This document shows, one piece after another, positions 25,812-35,424 of a DNA stretch of 36,809 bases. The stretch's first letter is position 1; each line of letters begins with the position of its first letter. Source of the DNA: a virus (lineage: Duplodnaviria; Caudoviricetes); IMG/VR virus record IMGVR_UViG_3300032125_000014, positions 1 to 36,809 of that record. The stretch is one strand, 5' to 3'. The position numbers and the translations under genes were made by a program. The notes under the pieces were generated by a model that had not been told where the DNA came from, made no database searches, and was given only the letters and a program-made list of their open reading frames with translations.

Positions 25812-26576
25812 ATGTCAAATTTAGTAATTATGAAAGATAGACAAGCCGTAACAAGTTCGTTAGATGTAGCAGAAACTTTTTCAAAAAGGCACGATCACGT
25901 ATTAAGAGATTTAGACGAACTTAAAGAGGGGGTTACCCAAAATTGGGGAGACCTATTTTGGGAAGATACTTACATTCATCCACAAAATAAACAGCCCTAC
26001 AGAATTATTTACATGAATCGAGACGGATTTACATTACTGGCAATGGGCTTCAATGGTAAAAAGGCAATGAGTTTTAAACTAAAATATATTCAAGCTTTTA
26101 ATCACATGGAAAAAGAATTAATTGAATTAGCGAAAGATTCTTACATGATTGATGATCCTGTCAAAAGAGCTGAAAAGTGGATTCAAGAAAGAAAGCAAGT
26201 TCAGGCATTAGAACTAGAAAATCAGACGCTTGCACCAAAAGCATTGTTTGCAGATAGCGTATCAGCTTCTGACACATCTATTCTAGTCAGCGACTTAGCA
26301 AAGTTGTTAAAGCAGAACGGTATTGAAATTGGTGGAACTAGATTGTTTGGTTGGTTAAGAGATAACGGGTTCTTGATTAGACGTAAAGGTACGGATTACA
26401 ACATGCCAACGCAGCGCTCGATGGAACTAAAATTGTTCCAGATTAAAGAGACAACCATCAACCATAATAGCGGACGTATCTCAATTTCTAGAACACCTAA
26501 AGTTACCGGCAAGGGTCAATTGTATTTCATTAATAAATTTATTACAGAAAAAAATAAAATCGGAATAGAGGGGTAA
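25812..26576 (+). CDS. Antirepressor (Rha N-terminal plus KilAC/ANT C-terminal)
   Basis: TSSLDVAETFSKRHDHVLRD, MNRDGFTLLAMGF, PKALFADSV and TPKVTGKGQLYF motifs. Confidence 0.93.
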   Translation: MSNLVIMKDRQAVTSSLDVAETFSKRHDHVLRDLDELKEGVTQNWGDLFWEDTYIHPQNKQPYRIIYMNRDGFTLLAMGFNGKKAMSFKLKYIQAFNHMEKELIELAKDSYMIDDPVKRAEKWIQERKQVQALELENQTLAPKALFADSVSASDTSILVSDLAKLLKQNGIEIGGTRLFGWLRDNGFLIRRKGTDYNMPTQRSMELKLFQIKETTINHNSGRISISRTPKVTGKGQLYFINKFITEKNKIGIEG

Positions 26577-26580
26577 AGAT

Positions 26581-27096
26581 ATGGAAGCATTACACGTAAA
26601 CACAGAATTAAGACAGTCAGCAAAAAGAAAGAATATAACACAGCTAACTCTATCTAGAAAAGCACACAAGGCTCACACGACAGTAAGCGGGTATTTCAAT
26701 GGCGAACCTACACCAATTGGAGCGTTAGCTGATTTAGCAAACGTCCTTGACGATTCAACTTTTAGTAATGAAATGGCTCATAAAACATTCGGAACTTTGC
26801 CAGTAATGAAATCTGATACTTACTGCGATTCGCCTTTTGCGTTGGATTTTCTGCAACAAAAAGAATCGAGCGAACGAAAAGAAAGAAAAAGTCATACACT
26901 AATGATCCTTTGTAAAGTTGATGCAGCACTAACCAATCAAGATAAAGACGATTTATTGGTTTATGTAAATGAGTATCTGGATGAAATGTTAATTGAAATG
27001 AAATTAGTTTTATCAATCCTTTCTAAAACGAATATATCCTTTATGAAAGCAATATCTATGCGGAAAGCATTCTGGATTATCAAAAAATATCTTTGA
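26581..27096 (+). CDS. XRE-like HTH phage regulatory protein
   Basis: ITQLTLSRKAHKAHTTVSGYFNG HTH followed by a helical domain. Confidence 0.7.
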   Translation: MEALHVNTELRQSAKRKNITQLTLSRKAHKAHTTVSGYFNGEPTPIGALADLANVLDDSTFSNEMAHKTFGTLPVMKSDTYCDSPFALDFLQQKESSERKERKSHTLMILCKVDAALTNQDKDDLLVYVNEYLDEMLIEMKLVLSILSKTNISFMKAISMRKAFWIIKKYL

Positions 27097-27108
27097 GGAG
27101 ATGAAAAC

Positions 27109-27321
27109 ATGGCCACTAAATTAATTGTAATTAAACCAAAAAAAGCAATGAAATCAGAAGAAGCTTGTGAGTTCTTACAAATCACAAAACCAACTCTTTA
27201 CAAGTTTGCTAGAACGGGCGAAATACCTGGTAGAAAAATTGGAACGGAATGGCGCTTTAGTGAAGCAGCACTAGAAAGATGGTTATCAGAAGCAGAACCT
27301 AAAAGAAAAACAGCTTACTAG
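27109..27321 (+). CDS. Excisionase-like HTH_17 DNA-binding protein
   Basis: EEACEFLQITKPTLYK...GEIPGRKIGTEWRFS. Confidence 0.85.
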   Translation: MATKLIVIKPKKAMKSEEACEFLQITKPTLYKFARTGEIPGRKIGTEWRFSEAALERWLSEAEPKRKTAY

Positions 27322-27336
27322 AAAGGAGCGAGTTAC

Positions 27337-27483
27337 ATGCCATTACATTATTGGTTAACAGTTATTATCATGCTATCTCTAATTTCAGTAGGAGTAGTAG
27401 TTGCTTGGAAGATAGGCTGGTCCACATATTTAGAATGCAAAGATGAACCTGATGAGTATTGGGGAGAAGAAAGTGGGGATTAA
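27337..27483 (+). CDS. 48-aa single-TM protein (not in ORF track)
   Basis: AAAGGAG RBS; MPLHYWLTVIIMLSLISVGVVVAWKIGW... with acidic tail. Confidence 0.7.
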   Translation: MPLHYWLTVIIMLSLISVGVVVAWKIGWSTYLECKDEPDEYWGEESGD

Positions 27484-27484
27484 G

Positions 27485-27676
27485 ATGAATTACGCAGAAC
27501 AAATTACCGAAAATTTAAGCAATGTACCGGATTTACTAGCTGTAATAGTATTAAACGATGTCAGTCAAAGGATAGGTGACTGGTTAGCAACTGGTGGCTC
27601 AGAAAAAGCACCGTATATTCAGCAACAAATTGATCATACAAAAAGAGTTTCTGAAATGTTTGGTTCAGAAAAATAA
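27485..27676 (+). CDS. Conserved small phage protein
   Basis: DVSQRIGDWLATGG...PYIQQQ motif; ATG 27485 after GGGG RBS. Confidence 0.75.
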   Translation: MNYAEQITENLSNVPDLLAVIVLNDVSQRIGDWLATGGSEKAPYIQQQIDHTKRVSEMFGSEK

Positions 27677-27688
27677 AGGAGGGTTTGG

Positions 27689-27832
27689 ATGTCTGAAAAC
27701 GATAAAGCGTGGATTAAATATTTGAATAACCGACTAGAAAAATTAGATGAAAGTTATCAAGAAGAACGCGAATATTTGAAAGGAGAAATTGAGAAAATAA
27801 AAAAAGCCAACAAGGATTGCACTCCTGGTTGA
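27689..27832 (+). CDS. 47-aa hypothetical protein (not in ORF track)
   Basis: AAGGAGG RBS; MSENDKAWIKYLNNRLEKLD... Confidence 0.65.
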   Translation: MSENDKAWIKYLNNRLEKLDESYQEEREYLKGEIEKIKKANKDCTPG

Positions 27833-27885
27833 CCGCTTGGAAAATATCATTTCACTTATTATACCAGAAAAAAGGAGAGATTAAT

Positions 27886-28128
27886 ATGGCTAAGCCAACA
27901 GTAACTGAACCAGCTAATCAAACTAGAATTACCGATGAGCACGGCGATACTTTAGTAATTGAAAAACATGTTAATAGAAAAAAAGAAAATCGTATATCAG
28001 TATTTTTTGAAATGAAGAACGATGTAGACCATAGCATTGTAGAAAAGTTTGATATCTTAACTGATTTTCCAGAGAAAGAGTTTTGGAGATACATTGCAGA
28101 AACTAGATTGATGATTGGTGGTAATTAA
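27886..28128 (+). CDS. Hypothetical protein
   Basis: AAGGAG RBS before ATG 27886. Confidence 0.7.
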   Translation: MAKPTVTEPANQTRITDEHGDTLVIEKHVNRKKENRISVFFEMKNDVDHSIVEKFDILTDFPEKEFWRYIAETRLMIGGN

Positions 28129-29146
28129 AATGAAAGACGATAAAGAATTAAGTCTATTTCAAAGACTTTATGAAACGGATGTATCTAGTTTTATTGAAGA
28201 AAAGAAAGTTGAAACTAAAAAAGGTAAAACATTTACTTTAAACTACCTTTCTTGGGCCTTTGCTCATGCAGAAATGAAAAAAATAGATCCCGATGCAAAA
28301 GTTGTTGAAAGAGAATTTATTCATTACAGATTGTTAGGCGAACATCTTATTGAAGAAAAGAAACCTTGGCTAGCTGACCAAGCAGGAGCGATGGTAAACG
28401 TGACAGTGAAAATGCTTGATAGAGAAGAAAACGAATGGCTATATGTAATGGATAACTCCAATCAATCCGTAAGCGATCCTAATGCAGCACAAATAAATAA
28501 AACGCTTAAAAGATGTTTCGTAAAAGCATTAGCAAAATTTGGCTTAGGGTTGTCTCTCTATGTTGGTGAAGATACTAAAGCGGCAGCAGATAAAAAAACA
28601 GAACCAATGACGTTAGACAAAGCTTTAGCATACACATTAACTTTCGGAAAGCACAATGGTAAAACATTAGAAGCAGTCAACAAAGAGGGAGACGGATACA
28701 TCAAATGGCTCGCTAACAGTGATAAAACGAGGCCAGAAGTTAAAGAAGCTGCGAGCATGATATTAAACCCGCCGAAAGAAGAAAATTCTCCAAAAAAAGA
28801 AGAAACGAATCAGCAAGATTCTGAAAGAAATAGTTACGAAATTAGAGATTCTCAACTCATTGCTGAACTAGAAAGTAAAGTACAACACGTTGCTAATAAA
28901 ACAGGCGCAAGCGTTTCAAAACTAAAAGATTTCGTCCTAAAGTCTGTAAATCAGACTAACAAGGCAACTCATACAAAATTTGAACAAGTAGATAGAGGTT
29001 TAGCAGTTGGAACTCTAAAGACTTTAGAAATGAAATACGACCAAAAGCAAGCTGATAAAGAAAAGAAACGCAAAGAAGTTGAACAAGGTTCGATTTTAGA
29101 AAGTCACACAACTAATCCAGCAGCAGAAATATTTGGAGGTAATTAA
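28115..29146 (+). CDS. Single-strand annealing protein, Sak3/DUF1071-like, with C-terminal extension
   Basis: LNYLSWAFA, WLYVMDNSN, INKTLKRCFVKALAKFGLGLSLYVGED; LTFGKHNGKTL module; start probably ATG 28130. Confidence 0.85.
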   Translation: MVVIKMKDDKELSLFQRLYETDVSSFIEEKKVETKKGKTFTLNYLSWAFAHAEMKKIDPDAKVVEREFIHYRLLGEHLIEEKKPWLADQAGAMVNVTVKMLDREENEWLYVMDNSNQSVSDPNAAQINKTLKRCFVKALAKFGLGLSLYVGEDTKAAADKKTEPMTLDKALAYTLTFGKHNGKTLEAVNKEGDGYIKWLANSDKTRPEVKEAASMILNPPKEENSPKKEETNQQDSERNSYEIRDSQLIAELESKVQHVANKTGASVSKLKDFVLKSVNQTNKATHTKFEQVDRGLAVGTLKTLEMKYDQKQADKEKKRKEVEQGSILESHTTNPAAEIFGGN

Positions 29147-30116
29147 TATGACAAATGAATTAACGGAAACAGGCGAAGTGGAAATTTATGGCGTAGATTT
29201 TACGCCTTCGGTTATCACAATAAATGGTTATGAAGAATTAGAATCAACAATTAAAGGTTATGCAGCTAAATATAGAGGGTTAGTTTTTGAAGAAGAAAAT
29301 ATTGCTGATGCAAAAGCAATTAGAGCCGAAATGAACGGTGTTATCAAATCATTGGACAATAAGCGTAAAGAAGTGAAAAAAGCTTATAACGAGCCGTTAA
29401 ACCACTTTGAGAACCGTATTAAAGCCTTGAACAATCAAATTAAAGAAGTTAACGATCCAATTGACGCAGGCATCAAAGAAGTTGAGCTAAAACAAAAGAT
29501 GGATAAACAACTAGAAATTGAAAAACAAGTTAACAAGCTTTTAACAAATGAACCTGAATATATCAAAGAAAAATTTGAGTACGATTCTAAATGGTTTAAT
29601 AAAACAACTTCGATGAAAAAAATAGCAGACGAAGTTGAAGCACAAGTTACTGCATTAATTGCAGAAGAAACTCAAATTAAAGCGAATCAAGATATCATTA
29701 CGAATTATTGTAAAGCGGTAGATGTGGAGTCTCAAGGGTGGGTATCCCTGTTGAATACAGGACATACAGCACCAGAAGTTATGAAGATGATTGATAACAG
29801 CTTGAAAGAAGAAAAGGCTCGTAAACAAACTGAAATAGAACGCCAAGTTAAATTAGAAGAAGAACTTCAGTATAAGGAAGAACAGCAACGGATTAAAGAA
29901 GAAAGCTACGTTGAAGTAAGTGCAGAATTTTTAGAAGGCCCATTAAGTTTTATGGAAGATGACTTGGATTTCTTAAATGAACCACCTTTCGAATCGCCAG
30001 AAGTAGAGCAAGTTAAACCTTACACAGTCACATTAGAACTAACTGGAACAATGGATCAACTAGAAAAACTAAACGGATATATTAAACAACTAGGATTAAA
30101 AGTAACAGCTTCATAA
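29133..30116 (+). CDS. DUF1351-like coiled-coil protein
   Basis: DAKAIRAEMN...LDNKRKEVKKAYNEP..FE and WFNKT motifs; start probably ATG 29148. Confidence 0.82.
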   Translation: MEVINMTNELTETGEVEIYGVDFTPSVITINGYEELESTIKGYAAKYRGLVFEEENIADAKAIRAEMNGVIKSLDNKRKEVKKAYNEPLNHFENRIKALNNQIKEVNDPIDAGIKEVELKQKMDKQLEIEKQVNKLLTNEPEYIKEKFEYDSKWFNKTTSMKKIADEVEAQVTALIAEETQIKANQDIITNYCKAVDVESQGWVSLLNTGHTAPEVMKMIDNSLKEEKARKQTEIERQVKLEEELQYKEEQQRIKEESYVEVSAEFLEGPLSFMEDDLDFLNEPPFESPEVEQVKPYTVTLELTGTMDQLEKLNGYIKQLGLKVTAS

Positions 30117-30128
30117 GGAAGTGACTAA

Positions 30129-30833
30129 ATGGAATTTCAGGGCAAATTAAAATCGTACGGATCTAATCACATGACAATCGACATTCCAGAAGGCTTTGAT
30201 ATTCAAGAAATCAGACGTAAAACGCTTGATGGAATGTTGGCTGTTGATTTTTACGAGAAAGCAAAGATAACAGCAGAACAAAGAAAGCTTATATTCGCTT
30301 TGGTTGGTGACATATGTCAGCACACTGGTTATCCAGATGATGAAATGCACATCAAAATGAAGTATTACTTTATGGCCGAAACAGGATGCGAAGTATTTAG
30401 TCTTGCTAGAAACAAAGTGACTAAAGAGTTCGCTGCAACATACATTGAATTCATTATCGAGTGGTGTTTAAAAGAAAACATACCGTTTATGTATCGTGAG
30501 TATCATTTATCAGCAGATATAAACAGGACATTATTTATCTATTTGAAGTATAGAGCTTGCTTCGTTTGTGGAAAGAAAAACTCACAAATAGCACACGTCG
30601 AAACAGTTGGTAGCGGTAGGAATAGAAACAAGATAGATCATAGGAATCATCATTTCATGTGCTTATGCGGTGAGAAACATCATCCAGAACAGCACAATAT
30701 CGGAATTGACACATTCATGAAGAAGCATCATCTGGCACCTATTAAGCTAGATGAACAGACAATCATATCGCTTGGGTTAATGAGTAAGAAGCAACTGTAT
30801 GAACTGAACAAGGAGGAAATTTCTAATGTCTGA
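30129..30833 (+). CDS. Putative HNHc nuclease (DUF968-like)
   Basis: ITAEQRKLIFAL..DI, CFVCGK, AHVETVGSGRNR and CLCGEKHHPEQH motifs. Confidence 0.85.
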   Translation: MEFQGKLKSYGSNHMTIDIPEGFDIQEIRRKTLDGMLAVDFYEKAKITAEQRKLIFALVGDICQHTGYPDDEMHIKMKYYFMAETGCEVFSLARNKVTKEFAATYIEFIIEWCLKENIPFMYREYHLSADINRTLFIYLKYRACFVCGKKNSQIAHVETVGSGRNRNKIDHRNHHFMCLCGEKHHPEQHNIGIDTFMKKHHLAPIKLDEQTIISLGLMSKKQLYELNKEEISNV

Positions 30834-31713
30834 TAACAAGAAATATTATTACATCAAGTTAAAAGAAAACTTCTTTGAAACGGAAGAAATGATTGTTTTA
30901 GAAAGCATGCAAGATGGGTATAAATATTCAAATATTCTGTTAAAAATGTACCTAAAGAGCTTAAAGCATGATGGGAAAGTAATGCTAAATGAAAGGATTC
31001 CTTATAATTCTAGCATGCTAGCTAGCGTCACTAGGCACAGTGTTGGAGATATAGAAAAAGCGGTGAAAATATTTAAACAGCTTGGATTAATCGAAACATT
31101 CGATAATGGAACAATTTTTATATCAGATATTCAAAATTTTATCGGTCGTTCTAGTACTGAAGCTGAACGCAAGAAAGCTTACAGAGAGCGAATTAAACAA
31201 GAATCGTTGATGATAAACGGACAAATGTCCGGACAAACGTCAGACATTAGTACACCAGAGTTAGAGTTAGATTTAGAACTAGAGAAAGAGTTAGAGATAG
31301 AACTAGAAAAGAACATTGTCCAGCAAGCTGAACCCACGCCTTTTAAAGAAGTGATTGAGTATCTGAATGAGAAGACGGGTAAACAATACCGGTCGTCTAC
31401 TAAATCAACTCAAAGCATTATCAAAGCTAGGTTTAAAGAAGGTTTTTCCCTTGAAGACTTTAAAACAGTTATTGATAACAAGGTTGCTGATTGGTTAAAA
31501 GATACGAAAATGAGCGAGTACTTGAGGCCTAAAACATTGTTTGGCGCTGACAAGTTCGAGGGTTACTTGAATCAAGCTAGCAAAGCTAAAAAGAAACCTG
31601 CTAAAGATCGTTACGACTTGAAGCATTTAACTGGAAGGAGTGGAAACGTTGAAGGACCTGCAACCAATACTAGAGAAACTAATGAGGACTACGAAGACGA
31701 CCTTCCTTTCTGA
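30826..31713 (+). CDS. Replication initiator (replisome organizer N-terminal plus conserved phage C-terminal domain)
   Basis: KKYYYIKLKENFF, ILLKMYLKSL, VIEYLNEKTGK and YLRPKTLFG..KFEGYLNQ motifs. Confidence 0.9.
   Translation: MSDNKKYYYIKLKENFFETEEMIVLESMQDGYKYSNILLKMYLKSLKHDGKVMLNERIPYNSSMLASVTRHSVGDIEKAVKIFKQLGLIETFDNGTIFISDIQNFIGRSSTEAERKKAYRERIKQESLMINGQMSGQTSDISTPELELDLELEKELEIELEKNIVQQAEPTPFKEVIEYLNEKTGKQYRSSTKSTQSIIKARFKEGFSLEDFKTVIDNKVADWLKDTKMSEYLRPKTLFGADKFEGYLNQASKAKKKPAKDRYDLKHLTGRSGNVEGPATNTRETNEDYEDDLPF
31219..31310. repeat. Short repeats within the initiator gene; probable replication origin
   Basis: GGACAAATGTCC-GGACAAACGTCAGACA and (T/C)TAGA-based hexamer repeats encoding ELELDLELEKELEIELE. 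Confidence 0.55.
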
Positions 31714-32482
31714 ACACTGTACTGAAGAAGGTCATGAAAAATATCAATTTATGAAGATGGCAGATGGAACAGTGTTATGCCCGAAATGTGAAGTTGAACG
31801 TAGAAATAATGAACTTGAAGAATCAAACAAAGGGTTGCTTGAAAGGATAGATAACAGAAAGAAACATGCTTACCTTTCTCAAAAAAGTATCTTGTCAGAT
31901 AAGACATTGAAGGATGCAGGATTTAAGAACTATCTGGCCACAAAAGAAGAAGAAGTTAAAAATAAACGATACATGAACATGGTAGTCAAAAGGTATTTAA
32001 GCGGTGAAGTATTTAATACATGGTTGATGGGTGATCCTGGAGTTGGTAAAAGTCATTTGTCTATGGCAGCACTAAACAACATAAACGGCTATAAAGATAA
32101 AGATAAAAAATGTTTGTATATCAGTATATCGGCCATGCTTAGAAAAATAAGAGCCGGTTTTAGTAAAGAGTCCATCTACACAGAAGACTATTTCATTAAT
32201 CTGATGGGTGAAGTCGATTTCTTGGTATTGGATGACATTGGAAGTGAAACAGGCGGTATTGGTACGGATAAAAGAGCAACAGACTTCGTTCATCGTGTTC
32301 TATATGACCTTGGAGAGATAAGACAGGGGAAACCTACGATTATCACAACAAATGCTTCTTGGGATGAATTAGAGGGCATGTATGACAAGAAAGTTATTTC
32401 CAGACTTAGTAGCAAGATTGAAACCATTACGTTTACAAATACGAGCGATAAGCGCTTAGGGATATGGGAGGAGTCAAAATAG
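31640..32482 (+). CDS. DnaC/IstB-like helicase loader ATPase
   Basis: CPKC Zn motif, Walker A GDPGVGKS, Walker B LVLDDIG, TIITTN, SRL. Confidence 0.92.
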   Translation: METLKDLQPILEKLMRTTKTTFLSEHCTEEGHEKYQFMKMADGTVLCPKCEVERRNNELEESNKGLLERIDNRKKHAYLSQKSILSDKTLKDAGFKNYLATKEEEVKNKRYMNMVVKRYLSGEVFNTWLMGDPGVGKSHLSMAALNNINGYKDKDKKCLYISISAMLRKIRAGFSKESIYTEDYFINLMGEVDFLVLDDIGSETGGIGTDKRATDFVHRVLYDLGEIRQGKPTIITTNASWDELEGMYDKKVISRLSSKIETITFTNTSDKRLGIWEESK

Positions 32483-32670
32483 TGAGTAAAAAGTGGGGTA
32501 AATATCAACACGAGATTCACCAAATTTATTGTGGTGACCAGAACGATTGTAATCGCTGGTTAAAAGAAAATAGTGAAGAAGTAATAGTAGATATACAAAC
32601 TAGCGCGAACCATGACGGAGAGTTAGTAACAATTATATATAAAACAGATAAACAGGAGGAAGAAAAATGA
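32482..32670 (+). CDS. Hypothetical protein
   Basis: GGAGG RBS before GTG 32482. Confidence 0.65.
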   Translation: MSKKWGKYQHEIHQIYCGDQNDCNRWLKENSEEVIVDIQTSANHDGELVTIIYKTDKQEEEK

Positions 32671-32861
32671 AATGCAATCATCCAGAATGTTTTGAAGGAG
32701 TTAAGTATGAATCAACAAGTTTCGGCTTACTAAATATAACTAAATGTGAATACTGCACCAGCGAAGAAGATAGCTGGGAACGTTCAAAATTAATGATGAA
32801 ACAAAGGTTTGAAGCAAAAGGACTTAAGTGGGAACAGGAGGAAACCCGAAATGTTTGTTAA
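32667..32861 (+). CDS. Small Cys-containing hypothetical protein
   Basis: CNHPEC...CEYC; AGGAG RBS. Confidence 0.65.
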   Translation: MKCNHPECFEGVKYESTSFGLLNITKCEYCTSEEDSWERSKLMMKQRFEAKGLKWEQEETRNVC

Positions 32862-33036
32862 AGAATACGCTCTTTATAAAGGAGAAAGAATGTTAGCGAT
32901 CGGCACAATGCAAGAAATAGCATATGAAATGAAAATAAAATTAAATTCTGTTAGATACATCAAAACTCCTAGTTACCAGAAAAGAGGAACAGGAAAGAAT
33001 AGACGCGTATTAGTAGATTTGGAGGAAGAAAAATGA
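32851..33036 (+). CDS. Conserved small phage protein
   Basis: EYALYKGE..LAIGT..EIA...TPSYQKR motif; AGGAGG RBS before ATG 32851. Confidence 0.78.
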   Translation: MFVKEYALYKGERMLAIGTMQEIAYEMKIKLNSVRYIKTPSYQKRGTGKNRRVLVDLEEEK

Positions 33037-33362
33037 GAACGATGAAGAAAAGTCGAGTTGGTCAGCCGTTAAATGATTCATTTGATGAAATACGTGATCC
33101 GGACAAGAGAAATGGAGTAGCTGATGACAAAGCATTTATGCGTTCTTTAAGAACTAAAAGGCCGGACAGCCTAACGATTCAAGAAATTAGGAAGATTGGA
33201 ACGGTTGCATTAACAGGCATTGAGTATAGAGAACGAGTTGATTGTGTGATAGCTGGTCTCTACCGAAAGAAAGCAGAATCAATGGTGCGGTTTGATGAAG
33301 AATCAACGATAAAAATAATTAGTGAAATTCAATTGCTGGAAAGTCTGATGGAAGAAGAATAG
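33033..33362 (+). CDS. Hypothetical protein
   Basis: GGAGG RBS; translationally coupled to upstream gene. Confidence 0.7.
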   Translation: MRTMKKSRVGQPLNDSFDEIRDPDKRNGVADDKAFMRSLRTKRPDSLTIQEIRKIGTVALTGIEYRERVDCVIAGLYRKKAESMVRFDEESTIKIISEIQLLESLMEEE

Positions 33363-33372
33363 GAGGATTAGC

Positions 33373-33714
33373 ATGACCAACAGGAAAGAAGCTATTAATT
33401 ACCTACTTGAATTAGAAAAAGAAGAACCCAAATGGACCGAACTACCAGAAGATGATACTAGAATTGTTAAATTAAGATTACTTTTCAGCGCTGAAAGTAG
33501 TAAAGCATCAAGTTCTAAGAGAGGTAAAAGAAGAAAGTGGAAGAAAGTTAGAATGGTCCACAAAGGTAATGAAAAGATTTTTAAAAGCTTATCTGAACTC
33601 TGCAAGCAAATGAATTTTAACAAGGATAGCGTAAAGAACTACCTAGATATGAATAGAGAGTATAAAGGAATGCTCTTCTACAGGGTTTATGAAGATGAGG
33701 AGGTAACTAAATGA
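33373..33714 (+). CDS. Hypothetical protein with NUMOD1-like DNA-binding C-terminus
   Basis: KIFKSLSELCKQMNF...YKGMLFY pattern; AGGAGG RBS. Confidence 0.65.
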   Translation: MTNRKEAINYLLELEKEEPKWTELPEDDTRIVKLRLLFSAESSKASSSKRGKRRKWKKVRMVHKGNEKIFKSLSELCKQMNFNKDSVKNYLDMNREYKGMLFYRVYEDEEVTK

Positions 33715-34094
33715 GAAAAATCAAGTTTAGAGGAATGAGCTTAAATGGTTGGGTGTACGGTCATTATGTTGTTATTGAGGAGAAGGCAAATCCAGCTGAA
33801 TCAACTATTTGGGATTTGATTGGGAATATCGGTACACCTGTTGAATATGAATCAGTTGGGCAATACACAGGTTTAAAAGACAAGAACGGTGTTGAAATTT
33901 ATGAGGGCGATGTTTTAGAGAAAGAATTTCATCAAAGTTATTATGTTTCTTTTGGAAATGGCAAGTTCATAGCTATTTCTACAGAAAGGGTGCAAGCAAT
34001 AAACTGGGAACCTTGGGATTTGAATAAGATTTTGAAATTTGGATATGTAAAAAAAACTAACATATATGAAAAAAACTTATTGGAGGAAATATAA
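33711..34094 (+). CDS. YopX family protein
   Basis: MRKIKFRG, VGQYTGLKDKNGVEIYEGDV and NIYE motifs. Confidence 0.9.
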   Translation: MRKIKFRGMSLNGWVYGHYVVIEEKANPAESTIWDLIGNIGTPVEYESVGQYTGLKDKNGVEIYEGDVLEKEFHQSYYVSFGNGKFIAISTERVQAINWEPWDLNKILKFGYVKKTNIYEKNLLEEI

Positions 34095-34095
34095 T

Positions 34096-34536
34096 ATGAA
34101 AAAACTATTTAAAAAACTAATCATCACACTGTTAATAGGATTCGTGTTCTTAGGTGCAGGACTTAAAGTGTTAGCTGCTACTGGATATATTCAATGGGGC
34201 GGAACTGAAGCGAAAGAACATATGCTTGTAACGTTTGATTCCACTTTAAAGAATATTACCAAGCTTAAATCAGATAACAATAGCAACAAACAAGTAGTTA
34301 ATGATTTAAAGCAGCAGGTTAAAGACAAAGAACAGACGGTTAAGGACAAAGAGCAAGAAATTAAAGACAAGCAACAAGAAGTAAATGATAAACAAAAAGA
34401 AATCGAACGCAAACAGAAGGAAATAGATGAATTAAATAAAAATCATAATAATAACAGCGATCAATTAAAACAGGCCGAAATTGATATTAAAATGCTGGAT
34501 AAAGAAGCGGATAAGTTGCTGGAAGCTAGTAAGTAG
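34096..34536 (+). CDS. Secreted or membrane-anchored coiled-coil protein
   Basis: Signal peptide MKKLFKK...VLA; five 21-bp (KDKEQxV) repeats at 34321-34425; GGAGG RBS before ATG 34096. Confidence 0.8.
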   Translation: MKKLFKKLIITLLIGFVFLGAGLKVLAATGYIQWGGTEAKEHMLVTFDSTLKNITKLKSDNNSNKQVVNDLKQQVKDKEQTVKDKEQEIKDKQQEVNDKQKEIERKQKEIDELNKNHNNNSDQLKQAEIDIKMLDKEADKLLEASK

Positions 34537-34554
34537 GGGATAGGAGGAAACAAT

Positions 34555-34809
34555 ATGAGTAGAAACTTGTTTTTAGAAGAATTATCCGATTTAAAAGATT
34601 TTTTGGAAGTTATTGCGTATCAACCTATAACAGAGTCAGAAACTAAAAAAGAAATCGAAGTAGCTTTAAATTCAGTTTGTAAAATGATTAAAAAATACGA
34701 CATAAAACAACAACCTGTAACGCTGCTAATCAAATCATACGATGAAACGTTACACAAACAACAAATCACGAAACAACAGGCTGATGAGATTGTGGAGGAA
34801 TTGAAATGA
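34555..34809 (+). CDS. Hypothetical protein
   Basis: AGGAGG RBS. Confidence 0.7.
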   Translation: MSRNLFLEELSDLKDFLEVIAYQPITESETKKEIEVALNSVCKMIKKYDIKQQPVTLLIKSYDETLHKQQITKQQADEIVEELK

Positions 34810-35135
34810 AAAGAGAAATTGAAACTATATTTGGTTTAGCATACCAAAACAATTCAGGTGGGTATATTATTCAAAATGATGATGTTGATGGGTATGTGGC
34901 TACTGAAGCGATAAATGAAAATGATTTGCATAACAGATTTGTAAATATAGTTGAAGATAATTCAGAATGGTGCGAATGTTGTGGTCCTAGATGGCAAGAC
35001 ATTTCTTCTGAAGATTGGAATGGGAAATCATATTCTCTTGAAAACTTTAAAACGGTTGATGATGGTAATCACGATTGTATTTTGCATATGCTTGATGGTA
35101 CTAAGAAGAAAGTAAAATTTATAGATAATGATTAA
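34806..35135 (+). CDS. Conserved phage protein with QNNSGG and CxCCGxRW motifs
   Basis: Motifs visible; GGAGG RBS. Confidence 0.75.
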   Translation: MKREIETIFGLAYQNNSGGYIIQNDDVDGYVATEAINENDLHNRFVNIVEDNSEWCECCGPRWQDISSEDWNGKSYSLENFKTVDDGNHDCILHMLDGTKKKVKFIDND

Positions 35136-35424
35136 ACACATTATAAAAGCAATTCAGTTCTTGTTTCCGGAGTATGAAGAGAATCATAGGGAGGATTTAG
35201 CCATGAGCATATTCAAGGGTGAGTTTGAAGCTAACAATACATTTTACTGGTGGAAGTCAAAAATCAATACACCACCAGCAGGGACAAGATATTGCGTTTA
35301 TGGTGTTTTAGGTACGTTGGAGGAACCTGAACCGAAAGAGATCGATCGTTGCGACCTAATCCTCTTTTATTATGGCAGTCGTGACGGAATGGTAGAGAAA
35401 CTTAAATTGGAGCGTGTGAGATGA
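35128..35424 (+). CDS. Hypothetical protein
   Basis: 98-aa ORF overlapping both neighbours. Confidence 0.6.
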   Translation: MIKHIIKAIQFLFPEYEENHREDLAMSIFKGEFEANNTFYWWKSKINTPPAGTRYCVYGVLGTLEEPEPKEIDRCDLILFYYGSRDGMVEKLKLERVR

